A DNA stretch of 55,529 bases, the filler included, from Squatina squatina (Eukaryota): assembly GCA_031763465.1 (NCBI GenBank). It is 4 parts of 4 records of this genome, joined end to end, with 100 filler letters (N's around TTAATTAATTAA, not from the genome) between each part and the next. Parts side by side here need not be neighbours in the genome. Positions count along the whole stretch, not along the records: positions 1 to 13,449 come from JARFOE010000222.1; positions 13,550 to 27,327 come from JARFOE010000234.1; 2 more parts are not named here. The stretch is one strand, 5' to 3'. Positions 11,961-22,763 of the stretch are shown piece by piece; the first letter of the stretch is position 1, and every line of letters begins with the position of its first letter. Below the pieces are notes generated by a model that searched no databases, was not told the origin of the DNA, and saw only the letters and a program-made list of their open reading frames with translations. Made by a program: the position numbers and the translations under genes.

Positions 11961-13449
11961 AGCAGTTAATGCATCAATACTTACCAGCTCCAAAGATTCA
12001 TGTACCTCACTTTCTTGATCAAGAATATTTAAAAAATGCAAAACAAGAGCTACAAAACAGGATAACCTCATGCGTGGGATTAGGATGCCACTGACTATGG
12101 ATAAAAAGCGAAGCCTAAGATAAACACAGCATTAAGAAAATGAGACATGCAAAAACCCTAAGTAGCAACCTGTGTAAATGTTCAAGTATATGCCCAATGC
12201 TATCTTCACAAAAAATTTAAACCAGTCCAACATGGTGTTGAATTGTAAGGTGGTGGTGTGGGGAGACCAATAGATACACACACTGACTTAATAGAAAAAG
12301 ACATTTCACATAATATATGCTTCAGTATTCTCATTTTTGCACCAGATTTGCTATTTGAATTCTGATCTTGGGCATACTGCTGAGGAAAGCATCATGGCAA
12401 CAATTCCCATTTATATAGCACTTTTAACAAGAAAAATAAGGTGCTTATGTTTTCCTCAAGAGAATGCCAACGATAGTCACCCTCTGCTATTCCTGTCCTC
12501 ATCCTACTGGGATTATCACCTACCGGGCTAGGAAAATGGAGGGAAAGTATATTCAAAATGGGCAATGTCGAAGAAACAATGATGCATTAACCTGAAATTC
12601 AAATACATTTATATAAGCAAACATGTGAAAACCCAGGATTATTCCATCAAGTATAGAACTTAAAAAGAATTGTGATGAGCAAAGGGAGGGATGTTGGTAT
12701 AGACAATAGCAGAGCAAAGCTCCCTCTTTTTTCCTGACACTGCCTCCTAACTTTTTCATAATATCTCCTACTGTACTATGATGTTCCCCATTTCATTTGT
12801 GGCCCAAGATTGCCAATTTACATTATGTGCTCAGATGCACTAGGAACTAGTTTGAAATTACACATTCATTTCAGGAGTCTCGCAGCCAGGATGGTTTCTG
12901 GATTCCAATCCAGGTCCCAGGTAAGTCAACACAAATGGCATGTTCAGTTTTAGACCTGGATTGACTTTCTGTTCACAAGAATTCTATAGAGCAGCCTCAA
13001 ACATGTCCAACATTAAGCACTGAATACTTTACAAATGACAAGTTTAGGAAGGGAAAGAGTCACAAGACTAATTACATTCCAGGACTCATGGGATTTACAC
13101 AGGATGGTTGTCAATTACACAGTTCCACTGAACACAAACAGTTTGCTTCTTCCTGGAACACAATATTTGACTGATGCACAATAATGGAATATTGTAATAC
13201 AAACAAGCTAGGTCAGAAGAAACACAGCCAGACACCTTAAAGTCAATGCAATCCAAAAATATGGTTGATCTGATTTAGCTTTGAAGTTCTGAAGTACTAT
13301 AGATCCAAAAGTGTGTATAATGCATGATGGTGTGACCTTATCATCACTTTGATCTATAGGTTTTGCTGGTTTGTGCAGTGTTTTTCACTGTAATGCTCAG
13401 GTGATTTAATAACTCAGGCACATAAGGTATAAGGAAAAAAACTAGAGGA

Positions 13450-13549
13450 NNNNNNNNNNNNNNNNNNNNNNNNNNNNNNNNNNNNNNNNNNNNTTAATTA
13501 ATTAANNNNNNNNNNNNNNNNNNNNNNNNNNNNNNNNNNNNNNNNNNNN
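13450..13549. other. Artificial scaffold linker (44N-TTAATTAATTAA-44N)
   Basis: A 12-mer with stops in all six frames centred in a 100-nt block; identical structure occurs three times. Confidence 0.92.
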
Positions 13550-13840
13550 TCCCTGCCACAAACTCTGGCAACTCCCTTGCCACCATTCCACTTCCTCCCT
13601 CGGGCACTGTCTCAGGTGGAACCAGACTGTTTGCAATCTTGGTGTTCTATTTGAACCTGAGCTGAGATTCTGACCACACATCCGCTCCTTCACAAAAAAA
13701 ACGCCTACTTCCATCTTCAATAACATTGCAGACTGACATTGAATCCTGGTCCTTCCTGCACCTCCCTTTAAAATTCTCATCCTCGTGTTTCAATGTCTCG
13801 CCCCTCCCTATCCACGTAACCTTCCCCAGCCCTGCAACCC
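13550..13840 (+). mobile_element. Decayed L2 LINE RT fragment
   Basis: NQTVCNLGVLFEPELRF*PHI resembles L2 'VRNLGVIFDPELSFxPHI'. Confidence 0.65.
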
Positions 13841-14160
13841 CACAGAATTCCAAAGGAGGCAGAGCGGAGACTATAGACGATGCCCATTCGCAGGTTTCCA
13901 AATTTCCTTCTTGCCTTCGGAAGACACAAATGTGGGAGAAAACCAAAGGAATAAGTGTGAATATTAAATAAATTACCGTGGTGGGGGGTTGGGTGTCAGG
14001 GAAAGCTCCCACTTCAATACTTGTGTTGTAAAGTCAATGTCATAAAGCTTGCATGACATCAGGCCCCTGCACTGGGCCTTGGCTAATTGCTTCATTTCCC
14101 AGGTTTCCTTCCGCGTTCAAGCACCTTTTCTTTTTGTTGTTGTTCACAAAGGTTAGTAAA

Positions 14161-14580
14161 ATGTTGGATTGGAAAGAATATATTGCGGCTGTCCTGCAAG
14201 ACAGTACCATTGCTGACATTGCAATAGTTGGTTGCACACCCAAGAACAAATCGATCTGGGCGTGTAGAAGCGATGGAGTGTTGGGCAAGGTTACATCTCA
14301 GGAGGTCGAAGTGATCATCGACAAAGACAGGAAGTCAATCCTCCAAAATGGAATCACCATCGGCGGGAAGAAGTATTCCATCATCCGAGACAACATGCTA
14401 ATGGAAGAGGACCCCTCGATGGACTTAAGGACACTGGGCAATGAGGGAAAGAGCATCTGCATTGGGAAATCTTCCAAAGCTTTGATGTTTCTGATGGGCC
14501 AGAAGGGAGTTCACGGGGGAGTCGTGAACAAGAAGATGCACGACATGGTGGACTTCCTAAACAGAAATGGCCATATCTAA
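14161..14580 (+). CDS. PFN3: Profilin-3-like protein, intronless, 139 aa
   Basis: MLDWKEYIAAVLQDSTIADIAIVG...IWA...SQEV...GITIGGKKYSIIRD...MDLRT...LMGQKGVHGGVVNKKMHDMVDFLNRNGHI*. The DWKxYIxAVLxD start, QEV and GVHGG, plus the lack of introns, fit PFN3. ATG has A at -3. Confidence 0.9.
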   Translation: MLDWKEYIAAVLQDSTIADIAIVGCTPKNKSIWACRSDGVLGKVTSQEVEVIIDKDRKSILQNGITIGGKKYSIIRDNMLMEEDPSMDLRTLGNEGKSICIGKSSKALMFLMGQKGVHGGVVNKKMHDMVDFLNRNGHI

Positions 14581-14597
14581 AAAATGCCCCTGAATGA

Positions 14598-14603
14598 AAT
14601 AAA
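14598..14603 (+). terminator. Polyadenylation signal of the profilin gene
   Basis: AATAAA 17 nt after the stop, followed by a T/GT-rich tract (ctttttatggtgtattttt). Confidence 0.65.
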
Positions 14604-14986
14604 GCTGATGAAACCATACTCTTTTTATGGTGTATTTTTCATACCACGTTATAAAAAGAAATCCTGTTTTCAAGGGTTTTGATTAAAAGAGATCTGCACA
14701 GTGCAAGTAAGACAGTGGTTTTTAAACATTTTGTTATGGGGGACCTTCCAGTACTGTCTTATAATATGGTCAGCCAAATCATTGTCGGAAGACCCCAGCC
14801 CCTTACCTTCCCTTCCCCAAACACACAGGAACCTCATGCAGCCAACAAGCAGTCCAATATACAAAAATGCACAGAAATAACTTGTAGCTTTGGTCTGGTG
14901 AGCTGTCTCCTGTGCTTCTACTCGTAGTCAAGGTATCGCTTGAAGAACTTCATCTTCTTTGAGGTTAGCTTGATGCGCACGACCAC

Positions 14987-15200
14987 CACTGATACTCCTC
15001 AGACAATATTGATACTCCCCTGACAATGCTGATACTCCCCTGACAATGCTGATACTCCCCTGCCAATACTGATACTCCTCTGACAATAGTGATACTCCCC
15101 TGACAATGCTGATACTCCCCTGCCAATATTGATACTCCCCTGCCAATACTGATACTCCCCTGACAATACTGATACTCCTCTGACAATACTGATACTACCC
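14987..15200. repeat. 20-bp minisatellite, ~11 copies (GATACTCCCCTGACAATACT)
   Basis: 'gatact' recurs every 20 nt from 14991 to 15191; the array ends just before a gap. Confidence 0.95.
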
Positions 15201-15304
15201 CGCCNNNNNNNNNNNNNNNNNNNNNNNNNNNNNNNNNNNNNNNNNNNNNNNNNNNNNNNNNNNNNNNNNNNNNNNNNNNNNNNNNNNNNNNNNNNNNNNN
15301 NNNN

Positions 15305-15478
15305 AGTATATTCAAGACAGAGATCGATAGAATTTTGGAAATTAAGGAAATAATGGGATATGGGGATAGTGCAGGAAAGTGGAGTTGAGGTCGAAGATCA
15401 GCCATGATCTCATTGAATGGCGGAGCAGGTCCGAGGGGCCGAATGGCCCACTCCTGCTCCTATTTTTCATGTTCTTAT
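15305..15478 (+). mobile_element. CR1/HER1-like 3' end
   Basis: 'ttcaagacagagatcgatag...gggccgaatggcccactcctgctcctatttttcatgttctta'. Confidence 0.85.
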
Positions 15479-16044
15479 CAGGGATCAAACCTTGGGCTGT
15501 CTGGTCTGTAGAGGCTCAGCCAGTCACTGGATGAGCTCATCGGGCCATGGTGGGAGGAGCTCCATCCAACATATTGAGAGACTGTGACGGCGATGCATTC
15601 CTGTGTACGCGAAAGTCAGGTATTCTGCCCCCTGATATATCTTTTGTTACTTGTCAGACGATCTGTGTCGGATTCCCTTTGATCTATTTAAAAGCCCCGC
15701 CATGTGCGGCAAACATTCAACACAAGCTGGCCAAACAGGGCCGTAAATTAATGCATTGGATCAAATTGCTCTGTTTAATCATCATCACCCTTCTATAATT
15801 GCTGAGGGAATGCATCCAGAGTGGCCCTGGCAACGTGTGACTTTGATACTTGATAAGGTGTGTGTCACAATATATTAGCATGTTGTCCTGTAGAGTGTTC
15901 AGCAACCTACTTACACTTAAAGCATCACAAGATGTCCTCAGGCAATTAGCAACGGTAGGGGAAATCGAAACAACAATAAAAAGACTTTCATTTCTACAGC
16001 GCCTTTCACTGGCACTTCACAGCCAATGAAGTAGTTTTTACATA

Positions 16045-16182
16045 GGATTATACAGGATATACGGCACAGTAAAAGGCCATTCAGCCCAGCCAGTCCATAC
16101 CGGCGTTTATGCTCCACTCGCGCCTCCTCCAGTCTTTCCTCATCTAACTTGATCAGCATAACCCTCTATTCCCTTCGCCCTC
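16045..16182 (-). mobile_element. CR1/HE1-type 3' tail, second subfamily (other copies 18875-18990 and 51885-52040)
   Basis: The three copies share 'ggccattcggccc...ccagtcc.tgccggcgtttatgctccactcg.gcctcctcccgtctttcctcatctaa.t.tatcagcataac'. Confidence 0.8.
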
Positions 16183-16571
16183 TCCTTGGGAGAGTGTGTG
16201 TGGCTGTAAAGGTCCAGTTTGCCTGTGAAAGATCTTCGCACATCCACTGTCTATGTGCACGCATGAAGACTGACAACTTAAGGCACAGGAAGTCAGATGG
16301 TGCCCATGGAACAGTATCATGGCACGCGTCAGTACCTTCAGAAAAGGTGAAAGAAAGAAGACTTAGGAGCAGGAACCCTGTGTCTTTGAAGCAATTTATT
16401 CTCATTCTCATTTAGCAGGTGTTGAATTAGTTTGTAATAGATGAGATGTCACAACACTGGTAGCCTAGTGAGTATCATGCAATGGTAGACTGTGGTGCTC
16501 GGCTCTTAATTGCAGATATCTTGTGGGGTGGGGGGAATATAATGCCATTCTTTCTGGAGGGCCACAAGTCA

Positions 16572-16685
16572 AAGAAAGACTTGCATCTATATAGCGTATT
16601 TCACAACCATGGACACCCCAAAGCGCTTTACAGCCAATGAAGTACTTTTTTTGAAGTGTAGTCACTATTGTAACATAGGAAATGG
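16572..16685 (-). mobile_element. Deu-domain SINE 3' fragment
   Basis: Reverse complement of the 3' part of the SINE at 24023-24340 ('aaagacttgcatctatatagcg...aagcgctttacagccaatgaagtactttt...gaagtgtagtcac'). Confidence 0.75.
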
Positions 16686-17110
16686 AAAGAGAAGAAAATA
16701 CTTGTGAAGAAGTCCAGATCTCAGTACAAACATCCTGCCATTAGGCAAGCTGAATCCTTTATGAACTTAACTTGCTCCTGACGCCAATTGTCAGTTGCTG
16801 TTTAGTAGAGTGTCAGAAACACTGTTGATAGATGGATAAATATCCCAGTAAATGGATGTGCCACAGCAAAGTATTGATTTAGTAGCTTTGTAGAAGCTCC
16901 ATTATTTCACAGCCTCGTTATCAAATTGTTAGTGCTGGAAATAGAACCCAGTGCCAGCAGTGAGATGCACACTAAAACTTTCTCTGCTCTTAACTGCACA
17001 ATGTCATGCCNNNNNNNNNNNNNNNNNNNNNNNNNNNNNNNNNNNNNNNNNNNNNNNNNNNNNNNNNNNNNNNNNNNNNNNNNNNNNNNNNNNNNNNNNN
17101 NNNNNNNNNN

Positions 17111-17654
17111 AAAGAGTACAAATCAAAAAATAATGGGGCTTGTAAGAAAGGTACTACGATAATCATGGGTGAATTTAATCTTCATGTAGATTGGACAAAT
17201 CAAATTGTCAAAGGTAGCCTTGAGGACGAGTTCATAGAGTGTATTCCCAACAGTGAGAAACTTGGATCTGAAGCTAGTGTCTTAAACATAAATAAAGGCA
17301 ATTATGAAGGTATGAAGACAGAGCTGGCTAAAGTGGACTGGGAAAATAGATTAAAGGGTAAGATGGTAGAAAAACAGTGGCAGACATTTAAGGAGNNNNN
17401 NNNNNATATTTAATAATGCTAAAAAAATATATATTTCAGTGAGAAAGAACGACTCTATGAGAAGGATGAACTATCCATGGCTAACTAAAGAAGTTAAGGA
17501 TGATATCAAATTGAAAGGAATGGCATGCAATGTTATGAAGATTAGTGACAGGCCAGAAGATTGGGAACATTTTAGAAACAAACAAAGGATGACAAAAAAA
17601 GAGAAAATAGATTATGAGAGTAAACTATCAGGAAATATAAAAAGAGATCGTAAG
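17111..17654 (+). mobile_element. CR1 ORF2 endonuclease/linker region, decayed
   Basis: GTTIIMGEFNLHVDW...NKGNYEGMKTELAKVDWENRLKGKMVEKQWQTFKE...PWLTKEVKDDIKLK. Confidence 0.85.
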
Positions 17655-17829
17655 NNNNNNNNNNNNNNNNNNNNNNNNNNNNNNNNNNNNNNNNNNNNNN
17701 NNNNNNNNNNNNNNNNNNNNNNNNNNNNNNNNNNNNNNNNNNNNNNNNNNNNNNTGTATGCCTACTTTCAATGACTGGTGTACCATGACACCCAGATCTC
17801 GTTGCACCTCCCCATTTCCTAATCGGCCA

Positions 17830-17960
17830 CCTTAGGCTGTGACCCCTGGTTCTGGACTCACCCACCATTGGGAGAATCCTTCCTGTATCTGGTCTGTCCA
17901 GTCCTTTTAGAATTTTATAAGTTTCAATGAGGTCCCCTCTTATTCTTCTGGACTCTAGCG
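17830..17960 (-). mobile_element. CR1 ORF2 C-terminal fragment
   Basis: SLESRRIRGDLIETYKILKGLDRPD...ESRTRGHSL. Confidence 0.85.
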
Positions 17961-19019
17961 AAGTTATTGTTCTGGCCAATATTTATTCCTCAATCAATAT
18001 AACAAAAACAGATTACCTAGTCATTATCACATTGCTGTTTGTGGGAGCTTGCTGTGTGCAAATTAGCTGTTTCCCACATTCCAACAATGACTACACTTTG
18101 CATATATAATCGCACGGAAATGATGTTGAAAATCAATTAGGCCACAATTGGAGTATTACTGCTGTTCCAAAGGATATTCGAATGATGATGAAGATTCAGG
18201 AGCATGGTACCAGGGAAGATAAGTTAGACCCATGAAGGATGAAAAAATGTGGCATTTTGACTGGAAGGAGATTAGAAGGCTCTAACAGGATTTTAAAAGT
18301 ATGAACGATTGGTTGATTCATCAACAACAAGCGACACAGACTCGGGATTATCACTAGAACGAGTAAGAGGATGTTATACCTTTTCACATTATGATCATTG
18401 GAGCATTTAGTGCCTTTCTGCAACATAAGTTAAAAGGGAATCGGATGGGTATTTGGGAAAGGATAGGGAACGAGCAGAGAAATGGAATTACAGTAGATAC
18501 TCCCAGCTGAAGAGCTAGCATGATGGATCGAATGCCCTCTGTATGCCTAATAGAAGTTATTCGCTCTGCTTCCAAATCAGGCCAAAGTTACTCAGTTCTG
18601 GTTGTTTGTCTAGGGTATTTACTTGAAATTAACTTAAAAAATAATGCTGGAACAGAGTGTGGAAATAACTTAAAATGTAAACCAGAAAAACAACACTCAC
18701 TGTTGGAGAGAAACGGAGCAAAGAGCTAAATATTAAATTTGTCTTGCTGTTACTGCAAGCTGATGAACATTACACTCTAAAATAAAAATGCAAAATTTTG
18801 GAAATACGAAGCAGGATGATCAACGTGTGAAAAAGTCTAGTTAACCATTTAGGCGCAGACTGATAGAACTGGATTCCACAGGATATACGGCAGAGAAACA
18901 GGCCATTCGGCCCCACCAGTCCGTGCCGGCGTTTATGCTCCACTCGAGCCTCCTCCCGTCTTTCCTCATCTAAATCTATCAGCATAACTGAATGCAACTT
19001 TTCCATTTTGAAGATTCAG

Positions 19020-19240
19020 TGTTATAAAATTGATAAATCCCCAGGACCTAATGATCTACATCCCAGGGTTTTGAAAGAAGTGGCGATAGAGATAGTGGAT
19101 GCATTGGTTGTCATCTTCCAAAACTCATTAGATTCTGGAACGGTTCCTGCATACTGGAAGGTAACAAATGTAATCCCATTATTTAAGAAAGGAGGGAGAG
19201 AGAAAATGGGGAACTACAGACCTGTTAGCCTGACATCAGC
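19020..19240 (+). mobile_element. CR1 RT N-terminal fragment
   Basis: DKSPGPNDLHPRVLKEVA...FQNSLDSGTVPAYWKVTNVIPLFKKGGREKMGNYRPVSLTS. Confidence 0.9.
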
Positions 19241-20118
19241 ATGTGTTAGTCCATGCAGCACAGCCTGATCTCCAATCATCTCGGACCTCCTTGCCATTGG
19301 ATCAAGACCTTGCTCGGCCAAGACTGTGTGTTAGCCAGTGTGCAACGGCCACCCCACGTTTAAAGAATTCACACACAGGTATCTTCCACCCCTTCAAAAT
19401 TAGGTTTGGGACCTGGAATGTCTGGACCCTCATGAACAACCCCAAAAGTGACAGACCCACTACCATAGCCTGGGAACTCAGATGTTATGACATGACATCA
19501 CCGCCCTGAGTGAGACATGGTGGGCAGGAAAAGGCCAGTTCAAGGAGCAAGGCGGCAGATACACCTTCTTCTGGAAAGGTAAACCCAGAGGAAGAACAGG
19601 GTCAGTTTTGCCATAAAAAATGAACTAGTCAGACGCCTCAGCGAGTCCCCTTGCAGGATAAACGAGTGCCTCATGACCCTTCGACTCTCCCTAACCCAGA
19701 ACCAGCATACCACGGTCGTCAGTGCATACGTCCCAACTCTAGAAGCAACGGACGAGACCAAAGCAGAAATCTACTCCACCCTTGAGCAATCCCTATCCCA
19801 CATCCCAAAGGGAGACAAGCTGATCCTCCTTGGTGATTTCAATGCCAGTATCGGGAAGGATGCAAACCTCTGGAAAGGCGTGATCGGCAGGGAGAGAGTA
19901 GGGAAAGCAAACTCCAACGGAGTCCTGCTCCTGATGAAGTGCTTGGAACATGGCCTTGTCACAACCAACACCCTATTCCGTCAGAGAGACAAGTACAAGA
20001 CCTCATGGTAACACCCTAGCTCCAGGCATTGGCACCTACTAGACTACATCATCGTTCGAGGGAGGGACCTCAAGGATGTCCGCATCACCCACGCCATGAG
20101 AGGGGCCAACAACAGGAG
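19241..20118 (+). mobile_element. RTE-clade LINE 5' part (5'UTR plus AP endonuclease), decayed
   Basis: FGTWNVWTL...MTLRLSLTQNQHTTVVSAYVPTLEA...LILLGDFNASIG...NSNGVLLL..C.EHGLVTTNTLF....KYKTSW*HP.SRHWHLLDYIIVR; contains stops and frameshifts. Confidence 0.88.
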
Positions 20119-20230
20119 ACTTGGTAGTGTNNNNNNNNNNNNNNNNNNNNNNNNNNNNNNNNNNNNNNNNNNNNNNNNNNNNNNNNNNNNNNNNNNNNNN
20201 NNNNNNNNNNNNNNNNNNNNNNNNNNNNNN

Positions 20231-20305
20231 GCTGCCTGACCTGCTGAGTTTTTCCAGCATTTTTTGTTTGTATTCTAGATTCCAGCATCCGCAGTATTTC
20301 GCTTC
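20231..20305 (+). repeat. Abundant shark retroelement terminus (possibly Penelope-like)
   Basis: 'gctgcctgacctgctgagtttttccagcattttttgttt...ttccagcatccgcagtattt'. Family assignment is from recollection only. Confidence 0.45.
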
Positions 20306-21073
20306 TCCAAAGCAGGCCAATTGGGTCCCTCATGAAATTGCATATAGAGGAGCTCGATAGAAAAGATCTGCCAACAGGCTGCCTCGATCCTCAAGCCCTA
20401 AAATGTAAAACACTGTACTGAAGGGCATCTGACAGATGCCAGTAAAAGAACATATATTTCTGTGCTTTGGATAACCGGACAATTCAGTACAAATTACTCC
20501 TCCCTTTCCATATATATACCGACTGAAGATCAGGCATTTGTTTTCACTAATTTAACTAACCCTGTTCTCATCGCTCAGCGGGGATATGGTGTTAGAAATG
20601 CTGGAAGAGAAAGCATCAACAAAAGCTTTGATTTACACAAGCCCCACTCATTCTATATTAACGTGCAACTTACTTCACATTTAGTCAAAGTTATCCCAAA
20701 GTAATATTTTTACTGCATCAAGAAACTTGGCTGCTTAGTGTAAATAAGCTACTACAGAAAACATGTCAATATTTTACTTGCCTAGTTCTATCCACTACAT
20801 TCATAAATTTTAGAATCAATACAATTATTCCTGTTTTAGTCCAACGTTATCTGTTCTTATTTCTATTTATGCAAGGAAAAGACAGAATCGGTGATTTTTG
20901 TTCAATGTTCCTGAACTAGTGCTGGAGGCGGGGGATGGGGTGTTGGGGACTAAATTGTAAGTACTAATTATCCAGTTGTTTGCAATTAATTACTATTTTA
21001 ATCCCAATTTCCCAAATATCACTTGAAGCCAACATTTTGTGACCTTTTTTAAAGAAGAATGTATGACTCAGAT

Positions 21074-21438
21074 TCAGACAAAAGTAGCCTTATGTTGTGC
21101 CTCCAGTGTCTTGCTCCTCTCGCACTTTACTGTGATCAGCGATGGCAGTTCTGACATCCGATAAACCCCCGTCCGCAGCCGCCCCTGGCAACAGTTCAAT
21201 TCAGAAATATATCCTTCAAAACTCAGGTTCCCATCCGACTCTTCTGTCCTTGCACCAGTGCCTTCTGATTTCACTCCATCAATGTCAATAATCTTGTTTA
21301 CAGGGTGTCCCACATGGGAGTGGTTAGTGCTCGTGGTCAAGGCAACGCTGCTGACGCTTGTCTGTGTCTGTGTGTCAGGATTCTGCCCAAAGCGAGCAGG
21401 CTTCATCCAAGCAATCTTTCCCCTTTTGTTCATCGAAT
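21074..21438 (-). CDS. RGS12: RGS12 terminal exon (long-tail form ending ATFV)
   Basis: CCCCTCTAAAG|AT TCG ATG..., phase 1 matching the previous exon. Ends ...EAQHKATFV*, the known RGS12 C-terminal PDZ ligand. Confidence 0.88.
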
Positions 21439-22763
21439 CTTTAGAGGGGCGAGAAAAATAGGCATATTACGGTAACTACAAACAACAGGATTTAAGTACT
21501 AATGTGCTGGCTTTTATCCAGAAAAAAAGTGCACATTCTAGGAGGACATAAAATGAATGCCCTTTCTTCAGTATTATCAAGCTGCAACATGTCATAGATA
21601 TCTTCACATCGCATTGAGAACTTCATATCTGATTCTTGAGAAACTCGTGCTCATATTTGAGATTCAGGTCAATGACGGGAGTTTGGCTTTCTTTTTTTTA
21701 TATGTTTTATTTTAGGTACCACACAGGAATGTTTATGTGATAGCTGAAATATGAAGAACACATCTTAGCATTTTTATACAGACTGAGAGAAAACCTTCAT
21801 TCGTGTAGTCTCTTCCTCAGAATATCCCAAAACACTTCACATCCAATCAATCGCTTCTGTATCCCAATTACTTCTGATTTGTTGTCAGAATTAGGGCTTA
21901 TGGGATGGGGGAGGGGGAGCAATATATTAGCATGGATTGAGGATTGGTTAATGGTCGGAAAAGAGAAGGGTCGGGATAAACGGGTCATTTTCCGGTTGGC
22001 AGGCTGCTCCAAGGATCGGTGCTCGGGCCTCAGCTATTCACAATCTATATCAATGACTTAGATNNNNNNNNNNNNNNNNNNNNNNNNNNNNNNNNNNNNN
22101 NNNNNNNNNNNNNNNNNNNNNNNNNNNNNNNNNNNNNNNNNNNNNNNNNNNNNNNNNNNNNNNCCCTATATAAAAGCAAATATTTCAAACCAGTAACTCA
22201 GGGTATCAACCTCAACTGAAATTGATACTCATAACAAGGTGGGAAGGGAGAATAGATTACGTCATTTTTGTTAACTTTTGCCTGATATTAAACAGATTCT
22301 GAAACATCATTCAAAGCATTTGCAAAATATGCGTGGTCCCCATGTACCCTGTGACAATTTCTCACCCACCAGTGGATTAAAGTTAGGTTTATGCGGAAAT
22401 CACAAGAATATGTTACAGCAATTATTCTAGAAAGTGCAGCAGGGCAAATAAAATATATCTTCAGACACAGTAGAATAGATTACATAAAAATAAGTCCTGT
22501 TTGGTACATGCTAAATAAAACTTGATTCTTGTGTTGTACCCCAATCCAGACTTTTTTCCATATATATTCTACCTGACTAGAACTACCATCAGCTAGATAC
22601 TTAGAAAAGGTGTAAACTGAAACTAGTGCATCATACGTATCAAGTTTTTGAATAGTTTTTTCCAGTTTCTTTTTTCCTTTTAAACGTGATCAATCTCAAC
22701 ACAATCAACATATTATAAAGAATTTATTTTGTCTTTATAAACAGATATGCCACATTTAAATAC

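Noticed and set aside
12553-12759. Possible terminal exon VNASLFLRHCPF*
   Set aside because: No recognisable homology and no partner exon.
13494-13505. TTAATTAATTAA (also 27372-27383 and 42441-42452) as a biological palindrome or piggyBac TTAA site
   Set aside because: Always centred in a 100-nt block with 44 N on each side, so it is a synthetic linker.
14053-14160. 36-aa N-terminal extension of profilin in the ORF track
   Set aside because: Profilin homology starts at MLDW (14161), which has a good Kozak context. The upstream ATG overlaps the putative promoter motif.
14928-15405. Repetitive protein ORFs or a CRISPR-like array
   Set aside because: A 20-bp tandem minisatellite without unique spacers, in vertebrate DNA.
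15938-19006. Two near-identical ORFs (..LDEER.EEARVEHKRR.GL.G.NGL.LC) as a duplicated small gene
   Set aside because: They are translations of the same CR1/HE1-type retroelement tail, with a third copy near 51885-52040.
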